64,000 bases of DNA from assembly GCA_963817385.1 (NCBI GenBank), contig CAWFOM010000016.1:96001-160000 (forward strand), written 5' to 3'. Source of the DNA: an uncultured delta proteobacterium. Lineage in GTDB: Bacteria; Desulfobacterota; Syntrophia; Syntrophales; UBA5619. The notes below the pieces were generated by a model. That model saw only the letters and a list, made by a program, of their open reading frames with translations. It did no database searches and was not told the origin of the DNA. Every line of letters starts with the position of its first letter. Position 1 is the first letter of the stretch. This document shows positions 40,106 to 49,622 of the stretch, in pieces. The position numbers were made by a program, and so were the translations under genes.

Positions 40106-41536
40106 ATGAAATTCGGTATATTCCCCCGATCGACAGCCGGATATTTAATGGTCTTGTTTCTCCTGGGCGGATCAAACGTATACGCGATTTTGAAATTGGC
40201 ACAGTTCAATACGGTCATCCTCAAAAGCCACATCGAAGATACCCGCCTGGTCGACACCGAGAAAAAGCTCGTCGATTCTATTTTTTCCCAGCAGCGATAT
40301 GAGCAAAAGTATCTGCTCACAAACGATGCGGTTTTATTTAACCAGTTCCTTGCCGCGAAAGACGACTTTGAGCGGCTGCTTGCCGAGATAAGCATCATCT
40401 CGGATTTGCCCGCGTATAAAGATTCCTTCGGAAAAATTAAGACATTCCATCAGTGGTATCAATCCCTGGTTGACACCGAGGTGAAATACGTGAATGACAA
40501 AAAAAACTATGATAGAAACTGGTACAAAAAAGAGAAAGAGAAGGCGTCGGATGGCATTCTGGCCGTGTTAAAAGAACTGGAAGACTATTCCCGTGCAGAC
40601 TTCTATCACAAAACAAAAATGGTAAGCGAAGCCGGAGCCGCGGCTCGCAGAATGGCGGTCATTTCATTTCTGAGTACCGTTCTGCTGGCTGTTCTGCTAT
40701 CCTTCTTCATTACCCGGAGCATAACAAATCCGCTCATGACGCTGGTGAAAAAGACCAGGGAAATCCCGACCGGTTTCTTTAATTGCGATCTGGAAGTTTC
40801 CGCCCCTCCTGAAATCGTAGAGCTCTCGGATGCATTCACGCTGATGTGCGACAGATTAAAGGAAGTAGATAAGATGAAGGCTGATTTTTTAGCCATGATA
40901 TCTCATGAACTGAAAACACCTCTTACCACAATCAAGGAGGGAACGAGTCTTCTTCTTGAAGGTGTAGGCGGAACGATCACGGAAAAACAGGATAGGCTGT
41001 TGACCATTATCGCGACAGAGAGTAAACGGTTAACCAGTTTGGTAAATTCGATATTGGATTTGTCAAAAATGGAAGCGGGGATGATGACGTATACCTTCGA
41101 GCAGGGGGCTATTGGACCTCTCATTGCACAAGTTGTCAGGGAGATCGTCCCTTACGCGGAAGCCAAACGGATTCATATAGTCAAGCAAATTAATACGGAT
41201 TCTTCAGATTGTCGGATGGACGGGGAACGTATTCTCGATGTGTTGCGTAATCTGGTCGGAAATGCTATCAAATTCACCCCGGAAGGCGGTCAGGTTACAA
41301 TTGCGGCAATCCCGCTGAACGGCGGACTGAAGGTCTCCGTAAGCGATTCCGGTCCCGGTATTCCCCCGGAAAAGCTGAAGACCATATTCGAAAAGTATGC
41401 GAGTTCGGATCAGAAAAGAGGGACTGGACTGGGATTGGCTATTGTCAAACACATCGTGGCGGCGCATGGAGGAAAGGTATGGGTGGAAAGCAATCCGGGA
41501 GAAGGAAGCAGATTTGTCTTTGTATTGCCATCCTGA
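40106..41536 (+). CDS. Sensor histidine kinase (GlrK/QseE-like)
   Basis: Two TMs with a periplasmic helical domain, HAMP, SHELKTPL, NLVGNAIKF, DSGPGI, GTGLGL. Confidence 0.93.
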   Translation: MKFGIFPRSTAGYLMVLFLLGGSNVYAILKLAQFNTVILKSHIEDTRLVDTEKKLVDSIFSQQRYEQKYLLTNDAVLFNQFLAAKDDFERLLAEISIISDLPAYKDSFGKIKTFHQWYQSLVDTEVKYVNDKKNYDRNWYKKEKEKASDGILAVLKELEDYSRADFYHKTKMVSEAGAAARRMAVISFLSTVLLAVLLSFFITRSITNPLMTLVKKTREIPTGFFNCDLEVSAPPEIVELSDAFTLMCDRLKEVDKMKADFLAMISHELKTPLTTIKEGTSLLLEGVGGTITEKQDRLLTIIATESKRLTSLVNSILDLSKMEAGMMTYTFEQGAIGPLIAQVVREIVPYAEAKRIHIVKQINTDSSDCRMDGERILDVLRNLVGNAIKFTPEGGQVTIAAIPLNGGLKVSVSDSGPGIPPEKLKTIFEKYASSDQKRGTGLGLAIVKHIVAAHGGKVWVESNPGEGSRFVFVLPS

Positions 41537-42132
41537 TTTTTCTGAGCCCCTCGGCTTGTGCGCTCAACCAGATGATGAGCACGACTATGGTGGACGCCAC
41601 CGGAGAGGAGGCACTGGAGCATTTGGATCTGGGCCGGAAGTTTCTTGCTCAGGGAGATTATGGGAATGCATTGAAGGAAAACGAAAAGGTGCTGTCTCTG
41701 GCAGGCAGAAATACGCCGGTGGATGAAGCCCTTTTTTATGTGGGTTTGATCTATGCCCTCCCGGCAAATCCGGCAAGGAATTATGGAAGGTCCGTTGTTT
41801 CTTTCAAACGATTGATGAAGGAATATCCGGGGAGTTCTCTGATTGAACCGGCGAAAGCCATGGTGGAACTGCTCCAGGAAAATGATAACCTCAACCGCCG
41901 GGTGGATAGATTAAACAATACCGTGGATAGATTAAACAATATCATCGATGAGTTAAAAAAAGTGGACATCGGCGTCGATCAGAAAAAGGCTGAACATGAC
42001 AAAACCATCGGAGTCCTCATGCAGGAAAATGATAAGCTTAGCCACACGGTGGAGAAGTTGAACAATATCATCGATGAGTTGAAAAAAGTGGACATCGGCG
42101 TCGATCAGAAAAAGAGAGAACAGATAAAATAG
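41479..42132 (+). CDS. TPR/coiled-coil putative lipoprotein (QseG-like position)
   Basis: Signal ending SAC, TPR-like EALFYVGLIYA, duplicated coiled-coil tail; lies between the kinase and the sigma54 regulator. Confidence 0.75.
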   Translation: MGGKQSGRRKQICLCIAILIFLSPSACALNQMMSTTMVDATGEEALEHLDLGRKFLAQGDYGNALKENEKVLSLAGRNTPVDEALFYVGLIYALPANPARNYGRSVVSFKRLMKEYPGSSLIEPAKAMVELLQENDNLNRRVDRLNNTVDRLNNIIDELKKVDIGVDQKKAEHDKTIGVLMQENDKLSHTVEKLNNIIDELKKVDIGVDQKKREQIK

Positions 42133-42142
42133 GGGGAGGTGC

Positions 42143-43510
42143 ATGGCTTCGGGAAAGATATTGGTAGTCGATGACGATCGTAGCCTCGTCGAGGTGCTGA
42201 AGGTTCGGGTTGAATCGGCAGGCTATGAAGTGACCACGGCGCTGAAAGAAGAGACGGCAATAGCGGCGACCAAGGAACAGGTGTTTGACCTTGCGATCAT
42301 CGACCTGCAACTTGAAGGGACCAGCGGGATTACGCTGATGCAAAAAATCCATCTCGTCATTCCCGAGCTGCCTGTCATCATCCTGACCGCGCATGGTTCG
42401 ATCGAAAGCGCCGTTGAAGCCATGAAACAGGGGGCATACAGCTATGTCACGAAACCCTTTAACGCGCGGGATCTGCTTCTGCAGGTCGAAAAAGCCCTTG
42501 AAAATCGTGTTCTTAAGAATGAGATTCAGCGGTTGAAGAGCTTTCTTGAAGAGGAGTATGATTTCGGAAACATTATTGCCCGAAGTGAGAAGATGCAAGG
42601 GGTGCTGGAGATCGTCACCAGAATTGCCGGTAACGATTCAACGGTTTACATTCAGGGGGAGAGCGGCACCGGCAAGGAGCTCATCGCGAAGGCGATTCAT
42701 ATGGCGAGCAACAGGAAGGACAAACCGTTTATCGCACTGAATTGCGCCGCCATTCCCGAGACCCTGCTCGAGAGCAAGCTCTTTGGTCATGAGCGAGGCG
42801 CTTTTACCGGGGCGACGCAAAGCGCGAGGGGTTCTTTTACCCAGGCCCACACCGGCACTATCTTCCTGGATGAGATTGGCGACATGTCTCTCACCATCCA
42901 GGCTAAGGTCCTCAGGGTTCTTCAGGAACGCCAATTTTACCCGGTAGGAAGCGAAAAACTGGCCGAGGTTGACGTCCGGGTGATCGTGGCCACCAACAAG
43001 GATTTGGAGGAAGAGGTGAAAAAGGGACTCTTCCGCAATGATCTTTATTACCGGATCCATGTTATTCCGATCAATCTGCCCCCGTTGCGCGAGAGGAAAG
43101 AGGATATCCAACCCCTCGTCGAGCATTTCCTGAAGAAATTCAACCAAAATATGAAGAAGGAGGTCAAGGGTGTAACGACCGAGGCAATGAAGAAACTCCT
43201 TCTCCATGATTGGCCGGGGAATGTCCGGGAGCTGGAAAATACGATTGAGTTTGCAATGGCGATGACCCAGCTGGATTACATTACCGAAGATTATGTCCTC
43301 CAGTCCAAGGCCCTTCCCGTGGATGATACGTTAAAACCGTTAAAAGACGCCAAAAACGCGTTTGAAAGAAGTTATCTGATCGGTCTGCTGCAAATCTGCA
43401 AGGGTAATGTGAGTGAAGCAGCGGAACTGGCAGGTAAATATCGGGCCGATTTCTACGGCCTTCTCAGCAAACACAATCTTAATGCCGCGGATTTCAGGAG
43501 TTCCGAATAG
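42143..43510 (+). CDS. Sigma54-dependent response regulator (GlrR/QseF-like)
   Basis: Receiver with ILTAHGSI, GESGTGKE, GAFTGA, FLDEIG, WPGNVREL, C-terminal GNVSEAAELAG helix-turn-helix. Confidence 0.93.
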   Translation: MASGKILVVDDDRSLVEVLKVRVESAGYEVTTALKEETAIAATKEQVFDLAIIDLQLEGTSGITLMQKIHLVIPELPVIILTAHGSIESAVEAMKQGAYSYVTKPFNARDLLLQVEKALENRVLKNEIQRLKSFLEEEYDFGNIIARSEKMQGVLEIVTRIAGNDSTVYIQGESGTGKELIAKAIHMASNRKDKPFIALNCAAIPETLLESKLFGHERGAFTGATQSARGSFTQAHTGTIFLDEIGDMSLTIQAKVLRVLQERQFYPVGSEKLAEVDVRVIVATNKDLEEEVKKGLFRNDLYYRIHVIPINLPPLRERKEDIQPLVEHFLKKFNQNMKKEVKGVTTEAMKKLLLHDWPGNVRELENTIEFAMAMTQLDYITEDYVLQSKALPVDDTLKPLKDAKNAFERSYLIGLLQICKGNVSEAAELAGKYRADFYGLLSKHNLNAADFRSSE

Positions 43511-43811
43511 CGCATAGTATTTTTTCATAAATCGTCTCACCAATCGATGATCTCATCATAAAACGTCCCGGATTCCCAGCTTCACCTTCATCCTTCCCCG
43601 TCGAGGAGGGAGGAGATGATAATTCCCCTCGGAGGTGAAGGCAAATCTCTTCATTTTTTTCAACTAACTACTATTACAGCTTATTAGACCCTTATACGCC
43701 GATCGAAACACCATCTTTTGAAGGAAAATCCATGCGATAAAAAATTACCATGGCAAAGTGCTTTTTTAAAATTACTCATAAAATACAGTATCTTGAGTGG
43801 TTACCGTAATG

Positions 43812-43826
43812 TGGCAAGCAAATTGC
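43812..43826 (+). promoter_or_regulatory. Sigma54 -24/-12 promoter
   Basis: TGGCAAGCAAATTGC (GG-N10-GC), about 100 bp upstream of the FN3 cytochrome gene. Confidence 0.7.
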
Positions 43827-43928
43827 TCTTATCGGAAATGTCACTCCCACTCTATTGCACTCATCGTAAAAGGGGTGGCGTGGCGCAACGTTACCATACA
43901 GAAGATAACCATAAAATAAGGAGAGCAT

Positions 43929-45803
43929 ATGCAAAAATCATTTGAGGGTCCAATTATGCACGGTCATGGAAGGGTAGTTATAAAAAGATTGGTGGAACGA
44001 ACGGGTGTGTCTATCACTATATTGTTCTGCCTGCTGACTATGAGTGTTATGATTGCCGGATGCGGCGGTGGCGGAGGTGAAGGTGTTTCTTCCCAGGTTG
44101 TAAGCGGCGTAGCTGCCACCGGCGCGCCGCTGGCCGGAGAGGCAAAAATCAAGGATTCCTCGACCCCGGTCCGGGAAAAGACGACTGTCATCGGCAACGA
44201 CGGCTCGTTTGCCTTCGACGTCACTGACATGAATGGGCCTTTTATCCTGCGGGCCACAGGGCATGCGGATGGTAAAGCTTATACGTTGCATTCCTTTGCC
44301 GACGGTCCCGGCACAGCCAATATCAACCCTTTAACGAATGCGGCAGTTGCCAGTGCCGCGGGGGTGGATGATCCGGCAAAGATCTTTGAACATCCCGATC
44401 GTGACAAGCTCAATAAAATCAAGGCTGATCTGCCCGCATCCGTGGCGGAAATTCTCGGCAAGCTCAAACCTCTGCTGAGAAAATTCAGTGCGGACAATAG
44501 CGATCCGGTCAGGGGGAGCTACAGGGCCGACCACAACCATCTTGACGGCTGGTTCGACAAGGTGAATATTACCCTTATCGACGGGGTCCTGACGATTACG
44601 AACAAAATAACCGGCGCCGTCATCTTCACCGGCAAGATATCCGACATCAGGAGCGGTGAGTTGACGGAAAATGAGGACGATTTGCCCAATCCGGGCGACA
44701 TTCCCGAAGATCCTGATGACGTGAAGGCAATCGGAGGCGACGGCCAGGTCACCATCTCTTGGGAGGCAGTCGGCAATGCCACGTCATACAATATTTACTG
44801 GTCGACTACCGCCAAAGTCACCACGACCAGCGGGACCAAGATTGCCGGAGCCACGAGCCCCTATGACCATACAGGGCTCGCCACCGGAACCAAGTACTAC
44901 TATATCGTCACGGCGGTAAACAGCGCCGGAGAAGGCGAAGCTTCCGATGAGGCATCGGCGACAACAACTTCCTCATTGGCGCCAACTCCAACCGTCCCAG
45001 CCGCACCGACGGGGGTGCTTGCCACCGGCGGTACGAAACAGGTAACTGTCTCCTGGCCGGCAGTTTCCGGGGCAACTTCATATAATCTTTACTGGTCGGC
45101 TACGACCGGGGTCACGAAAACCACCGGAACGAAGATCGCCGGGGTTATGAGTCCTACGGTTCAAAACGACCTGGCTGACGCCATTACCTACTATTACATT
45201 CTCACCGCGGTGAACAGCGCCGGCGAGAGCGACCCCTCGGTTCAGGTTGCCGCTACCACGCTTGCTTCCACACCGCCTCCGGCAACCGTGCCTTCAGCAC
45301 CGACGGATGTGACTGCTACCGGCGGCGCCAAGCAGGTGACCGTCTCCTGGCCGACAGTTACCGATGCAACATCGTATAATCTGTACTGGTCGACCACTAC
45401 CGGTGTCACGAAAACCACTGGGACGAAGATTACCGGTGTGACGAGCCCCTATGTCCATACGGGGCTTGCCGACAGCACTGCGTATTATTACGTTGTCACG
45501 GGGCAAAACGGTGCGGGCGAAGGTGCCGCCTCATCCCAGGTGACGGCGACCACGGATGCCGCCGCTCAGCCGCCATCCCAGACGTGGTCGCTTCACACTC
45601 TGTACTGCGCTGGATGCCACGGCACGGGTAAAAGGACGTCAACGGTCGCTGCGGTAAGGGCGGCAATTACGAACAACTTGGGGGGAGGTTTTTCAACTGG
45701 CATGGGTATGCTCGCCTCTGCAAGCTGCACATCATGTCATCCCGGCACGGGTCGAGTTACCGTGACGGATACCCTCATAGCGGACATTCTTGCTGGCAAA
45801 TAG
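43929..45803 (+). CDS. Lipoprotein with three FN3 domains and a C-terminal region with two CxxCH heme-binding motifs
   Basis: Lipobox IAGC followed by poly-Gly; three repeats VTVSW...ATSYNLYWS...YYYxxTAxNxAGE; CAGCH and CTSCH. Confidence 0.88.
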   Translation: MQKSFEGPIMHGHGRVVIKRLVERTGVSITILFCLLTMSVMIAGCGGGGGEGVSSQVVSGVAATGAPLAGEAKIKDSSTPVREKTTVIGNDGSFAFDVTDMNGPFILRATGHADGKAYTLHSFADGPGTANINPLTNAAVASAAGVDDPAKIFEHPDRDKLNKIKADLPASVAEILGKLKPLLRKFSADNSDPVRGSYRADHNHLDGWFDKVNITLIDGVLTITNKITGAVIFTGKISDIRSGELTENEDDLPNPGDIPEDPDDVKAIGGDGQVTISWEAVGNATSYNIYWSTTAKVTTTSGTKIAGATSPYDHTGLATGTKYYYIVTAVNSAGEGEASDEASATTTSSLAPTPTVPAAPTGVLATGGTKQVTVSWPAVSGATSYNLYWSATTGVTKTTGTKIAGVMSPTVQNDLADAITYYYILTAVNSAGESDPSVQVAATTLASTPPPATVPSAPTDVTATGGAKQVTVSWPTVTDATSYNLYWSTTTGVTKTTGTKITGVTSPYVHTGLADSTAYYYVVTGQNGAGEGAASSQVTATTDAAAQPPSQTWSLHTLYCAGCHGTGKRTSTVAAVRAAITNNLGGGFSTGMGMLASASCTSCHPGTGRVTVTDTLIADILAGK

Positions 45804-45830
45804 CAGGGAATCGATTAACCTTTAACAGAC

Positions 45831-45860
45831 AAAGAAGGGCTCCAAAAGGAGCCCTTCTTT
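45831..45860. terminator. Bidirectional intrinsic terminator
   Basis: AAAGAAGGGCTCC-AAAA-GGAGCCCTTCTTT perfect 13-bp stem between convergent genes. Confidence 0.8.
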
Positions 45861-46018
45861 AAAGAAGCTAAGCGTGATTTCTCGAAACCTTTGCATGACA
45901 CCGGTTTGAGAGTTCTGCAAACCTCTCCTCGGCCGCATCCCGATTTTTTGAAAAGTCGGGCAGACTATGAAACCCTAACCAAATTTTGAAAAAATTCCGA
46001 CGTCTCTATGCAAAGATC

Positions 46019-47251
46019 TCATCTCCTTATGAAGGTAGCAGCGATCCTATGATTGGCGGCAACTTTACTGAAAGTGTAACTAGTAACTGCACCAATGTTA
46101 TTCCCATCCACCACAACGCTGCTGACACGATAGCCGGTTGCCGGGGTAATATAATACCATCGACTATAACCGAATTTGACCCATGATGTACCTGCGGGAG
46201 AAATTTTACCCCCAGTGCCGGCAGATGCGGTTATGGAATAGGTTAAAATACTGAATTTGGCAACGATCGTATGTTTGGCGGCAACATTACTGAAAGTGTA
46301 ACTAGTAACTGCACCAATGTTTCTCCCATCCACCACAACGCTGCTGACACGATAGCCGGTTGCCGGGGTAATAGAAAACGTCAAACTACTGCCGGAACCG
46401 ACGGATGATGTACCTGCGGGAGAAATTTTACCCCCGGTGCCGGCAGATGCGGTTATGGAATAGTTGACCGTCCTACTGAAGGCAGCAACGATCGTATGAT
46501 TGGCAATAACATTACTGAAAGTGTAACTAGTAACCGCACCAATTTTTATCCCATCCACCGTAACGCTGGCGACACGATAGCCGGTTGCCGGGGTAATAGA
46601 AAACGTCAGACTACTGCCGAAACCGACGGATGATGTACCTGCGGGAGAAATTTTACCCCCAGTGCCGGCAGATGCGGTTATGGAATAGTTGACAATACTC
46701 GGTTTGAAATTAGCCGTGATAGTAGTATTTGCATTCATTGTGACCGTGCAGAGCCCTGTTCCGCTGCATCCCTCTCCCGACCAACCGTCAAAGGTTGATC
46801 CGGGGTCAGCCGTTGCGGAAAGAGACACCACGGTGCCTGGGTTGTAGACGGCAAGGCACGTGTCACCGCAACTTATCCCGGGTCCCGATACCGTTCCCTG
46901 TCCCGGGCCAGGGTTTAAGACCATCAGAAGATATTGCTGAGGCGATGTCATTACGCTGACTTCATTTGAATATACGCTTTCAAAACCGGCAGCATTATGA
47001 GCGGTAACGGTAAAATAATATGTCTGTCCGTCGAGCAAGTTGCTAACCGTATAGCTTGTTGTATTACCGACGTCGACGGCCTGTGAATAGGTACCGGAAG
47101 CCGTTCCGTAATGTATCATATAGCCGGTTACATCCGTGGAAACATCCGGTGGGTCCCATGCCAGGGTTGCTTGACCTGCGAGGGAGTTCGTTGGGGATAG
47201 GAAAAAGCATAGAGTCAATGAAATAATGATGCTGGTAAATAGCCTTTTCAT
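46019..47251 (-). CDS. Secreted FN3 plus InlB B-repeat-like (bacterial repeat domain) surface protein
   Basis: Signal peptide; ATLAWD...GYMIHYG...YYFTVTAHN FN3; TFDGWSG...CTVTM repeat; three YSITASAGTGGKISP repeats. Confidence 0.87.
   Translation of the reverse strand: MKRLFTSIIISLTLCFFLSPTNSLAGQATLAWDPPDVSTDVTGYMIHYGTASGTYSQAVDVGNTTSYTVSNLLDGQTYYFTVTAHNAAGFESVYSNEVSVMTSPQQYLLMVLNPGPGQGTVSGPGISCGDTCLAVYNPGTVVSLSATADPGSTFDGWSGEGCSGTGLCTVTMNANTTITANFKPSIVNYSITASAGTGGKISPAGTSSVGFGSSLTFSITPATGYRVASVTVDGIKIGAVTSYTFSNVIANHTIVAAFSRTVNYSITASAGTGGKISPAGTSSVGSGSSLTFSITPATGYRVSSVVVDGRNIGAVTSYTFSNVAAKHTIVAKFSILTYSITASAGTGGKISPAGTSWVKFGYSRWYYITPATGYRVSSVVVDGNNIGAVTSYTFSKVAANHRIAATFIRR
46022..46690 (-). 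repeat. Three near-identical ~225-bp tandem repeats
   Basis: Blocks such as GATGTACCTGCGGGAGAAATTTTACCCC and CACGATAGCCGGTTGCCGGGGTAATA recur three times. Confidence 0.9.
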
Positions 47252-47315
47252 TACGAGTACCTCCTTTTTACGTTAGCCGTGGCTAATCGCAGTCCTCAAG
47301 GAGGTACTGTTTTTG

Positions 47316-47406
47316 CCCGGCAGCCCTACTTCCGTATCCTGTGATGCCAGGAGTTAGGATAGTGGCTTTGCGTCCCACACTTTCGTAGTGGTTTGCCCTT
47401 TTCGGG
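47316..47406 (-). ncRNA. c-di-GMP-I (GEMM-I) riboswitch
   Basis: Minus strand CCCGAAAAGGGCAAACCACTACGAAAGTGTGGGACGCAAAGCCAC...CTAA...GGGCTGCCGGG: GGCAAACC, GAAA tetraloop, GGGACGCAAAGC, P1 CCCG/CGGG; located in the 5' UTR. Confidence 0.9.
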
Positions 47407-47935
47407 TGCTATTGTCTTAAAGAGCGGAAGTTGAGGAGATCAAGCTCTTTGTTCCTCTTGTTCGCCTCCAGAATAAAGATGGATCACTGTATTGTCAACA
47501 TTCATTGAGGCTAACTATGTGAGCTTCATCACATTCCCCATGTGATATTGATCTCATAAGAAGAGACTCCTTGCTTGCGCTCCTGAGTAACTTAACGCCA
47601 AGCATTACTGGTTCTATGTGGTTTTGTTACCTTCTTGTATTGCGACCAACTCAAATCCAAGTTTCTGGGTTTTTCGTTTCCTATTTGTACGGCCCGCGAT
47701 CGATAACTTTTTTCGGAGTATTCCTGACCAGCATTGATATCGGCAGTCGATTGCTTGATCATGGAATTTCACACGGCCTGCCACGGGTGATCATCGCCAC
47801 TAAGGCCCTTGGGTTAGACCGTCCTTTTGATCTTAATTATCGGCATTCCCGCTGGGCGACTTTAATCGATCCGTCGCGTGCCTCTCTGAATGATTGAGAA
47901 CCGAATCCCGAAAAGATTCCCCCCTACCCATTTGA

Positions 47936-48240
47936 ATGCCGATCGTGGGAAATGATCGAATCGTCATGGTGCTTGACGGCGCCGGTTGGCATAAAAGCAA
48001 ATCGCTCATGATCCCTGATAATCTCCGCCTGCCCAGCCTTCCACCATATTCTCCGGAGCTCAACCCCGTGGAACACATCTGGGACGATTTGCGGGAAAAG
48101 GAATTTCACAACAGAGTTTCGACAGTGTTGACTCCCTCGAAGACCACCTGAAAAAAACATTGTACGATATGGAGCACGATCATGATCGTATCCGTTCCAT
48201 TGTCGCTTGGCCTTGGATCATTAATGCGCTAATGAATTAG
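47936..48240 (+). pseudogene. IS630-family transposase C-terminal remnant
   Basis: VLDGAGWHK...LPPYSPELNPVEHIWDDLRE...; no N-terminus, frameshift near 48118. Confidence 0.85.
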
Positions 48241-48446
48241 AAATGAAATTACTTCCTTGATAAACTGCCCCGCGGGGCGTGGGTCGCTAAAAAGATGAAA
48301 CGCCATCGATACCCTGTTTCGGCGGATGGCCTTTAATCTCCTCCGAGCACAAAAGTATTGAAGACCGCATAGGAAAGGGGTGGTACGTCATATGATCTAA
48401 AATAATATAACCGATGTCAAGACCTCACTCCGTAGAAGGGTAAATA

Positions 48447-49560
48447 ATAACCGTCTCATAATTGTATAGACATGATTTAAGATTGATGTTATACTTGCAT
48501 TTATGAAGACAAAGATTATGGATGCAAGACAGTTGAGTCATTCGCTGTTGACCGAATTGCGGAAACGCGGGGTGGGCAGCGTGCAGGATGGGCAGAGTCC
48601 TGAGATTGTTGCTTCGGCATTGGGTATCAACAGGGCTACAATGTACGGATGGTTGGCTCGGTATCGCAGCGGTGGATGGTCGTCCCTGAACGCTCGGAAA
48701 CGGGGAGGTCGGAAGCCGAAGATCGATGGCAAGGCGATGCAATGGATTTACCGGACGGTGACGCAGAAGAGCCCTTTGCAGCTGAAGTTCCCCTTTGCTC
48801 TTTGGACTGCCAAGATGGTCGGGCAGCTTATTGATCAGCGATTCGGGGTAACGCTCAGCAAAGCCTCTATGTGCCGTTTGTTGAATCAACGGGGATTGAC
48901 CCCGCAACGTCCTGTATGGCGGGCGTACCAGCAACGCCCGGATGAGGTTCAGAAATGGTTGGATGAGGAGTATCCGCGGATTCGCCGTTTGGCTCAGAAG
49001 AGGAAGGCGATGATCTTTTTTGGAGACGAGGCGAGTGTGCGCTCGGACCATCATGCGGGTACGGCCTGGGCGATCCGGGGGGAAACGCCGGTGGTGAGCA
49101 GTACCGGGGCAAGGTTTGGATTGAACCTGATCTCGGTGGTCAGCGCGCAGGGTGAGTTGCGTTTTATGACGGTCAACAGCCGGGTAGGAGCGAAGGTGTT
49201 TATCGAATTCCTCAAGAGGCTTCTTCATAATGCCGAGCGTGAGATATTTCTGATCGTTGATGGTCATCCGGCGCATAAAGCGAAAAGCGTGGCCATATTT
49301 GTCGAATCCATGAAAGATCGTCTGCAACTGTTCTTTCTGCCGCCCTACTCGCCGGAATTGAATCCAGATGGGAGGGTTTGGAATGACTTGAAGAACAAGT
49401 CGGTTGGACGGCAACGCATCTACTCGCCCAAGCAACTTTACAAGTCTGTGATCAGCCACTTGCGATCGGTTCAGAAATCATCTCATCGCGTGCGTTCATA
49501 TTTCCAAAACGAACCCACAAAGTATGCAGCCTAATATCGATTCTATTATGAGACGGTTAA
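48447..49560 (+). mobile_element. IS630-family insertion sequence
   Basis: TIR TAACCGTCTCATAAT (48448-48462) / ATTATGAGACGGTTA (49545-49559); flanking TA at 48445-48446 and 49561-49562. Confidence 0.88.
48503..49534 (+). CDS. IS630 transposase (third catalytic residue appears E->G)
   Basis: HTH domains, FGDEASV, IVDGHPAH, LPPYSPELNPDGRVW. Confidence 0.9.
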   Translation: MKTKIMDARQLSHSLLTELRKRGVGSVQDGQSPEIVASALGINRATMYGWLARYRSGGWSSLNARKRGGRKPKIDGKAMQWIYRTVTQKSPLQLKFPFALWTAKMVGQLIDQRFGVTLSKASMCRLLNQRGLTPQRPVWRAYQQRPDEVQKWLDEEYPRIRRLAQKRKAMIFFGDEASVRSDHHAGTAWAIRGETPVVSSTGARFGLNLISVVSAQGELRFMTVNSRVGAKVFIEFLKRLLHNAEREIFLIVDGHPAHKAKSVAIFVESMKDRLQLFFLPPYSPELNPDGRVWNDLKNKSVGRQRIYSPKQLYKSVISHLRSVQKSSHRVRSYFQNEPTKYAA

Positions 49561-49622
49561 TATGTTCAAAAATATCGATTTCACGTGAACCGGACACTGT
49601 TGACTACCGAAGTCAAAAAGCA

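Noticed and set aside
42770..42790. ESKLFGH instead of ESELFGH in the sigma54 activator
   Set aside because: Single substitution with GAFTGA and Walker motifs intact; cannot distinguish variant from error
47571..47897. 108-aa ORF upstream of the riboswitch
   Set aside because: TTG start, no motifs, lies in promoter/IS debris
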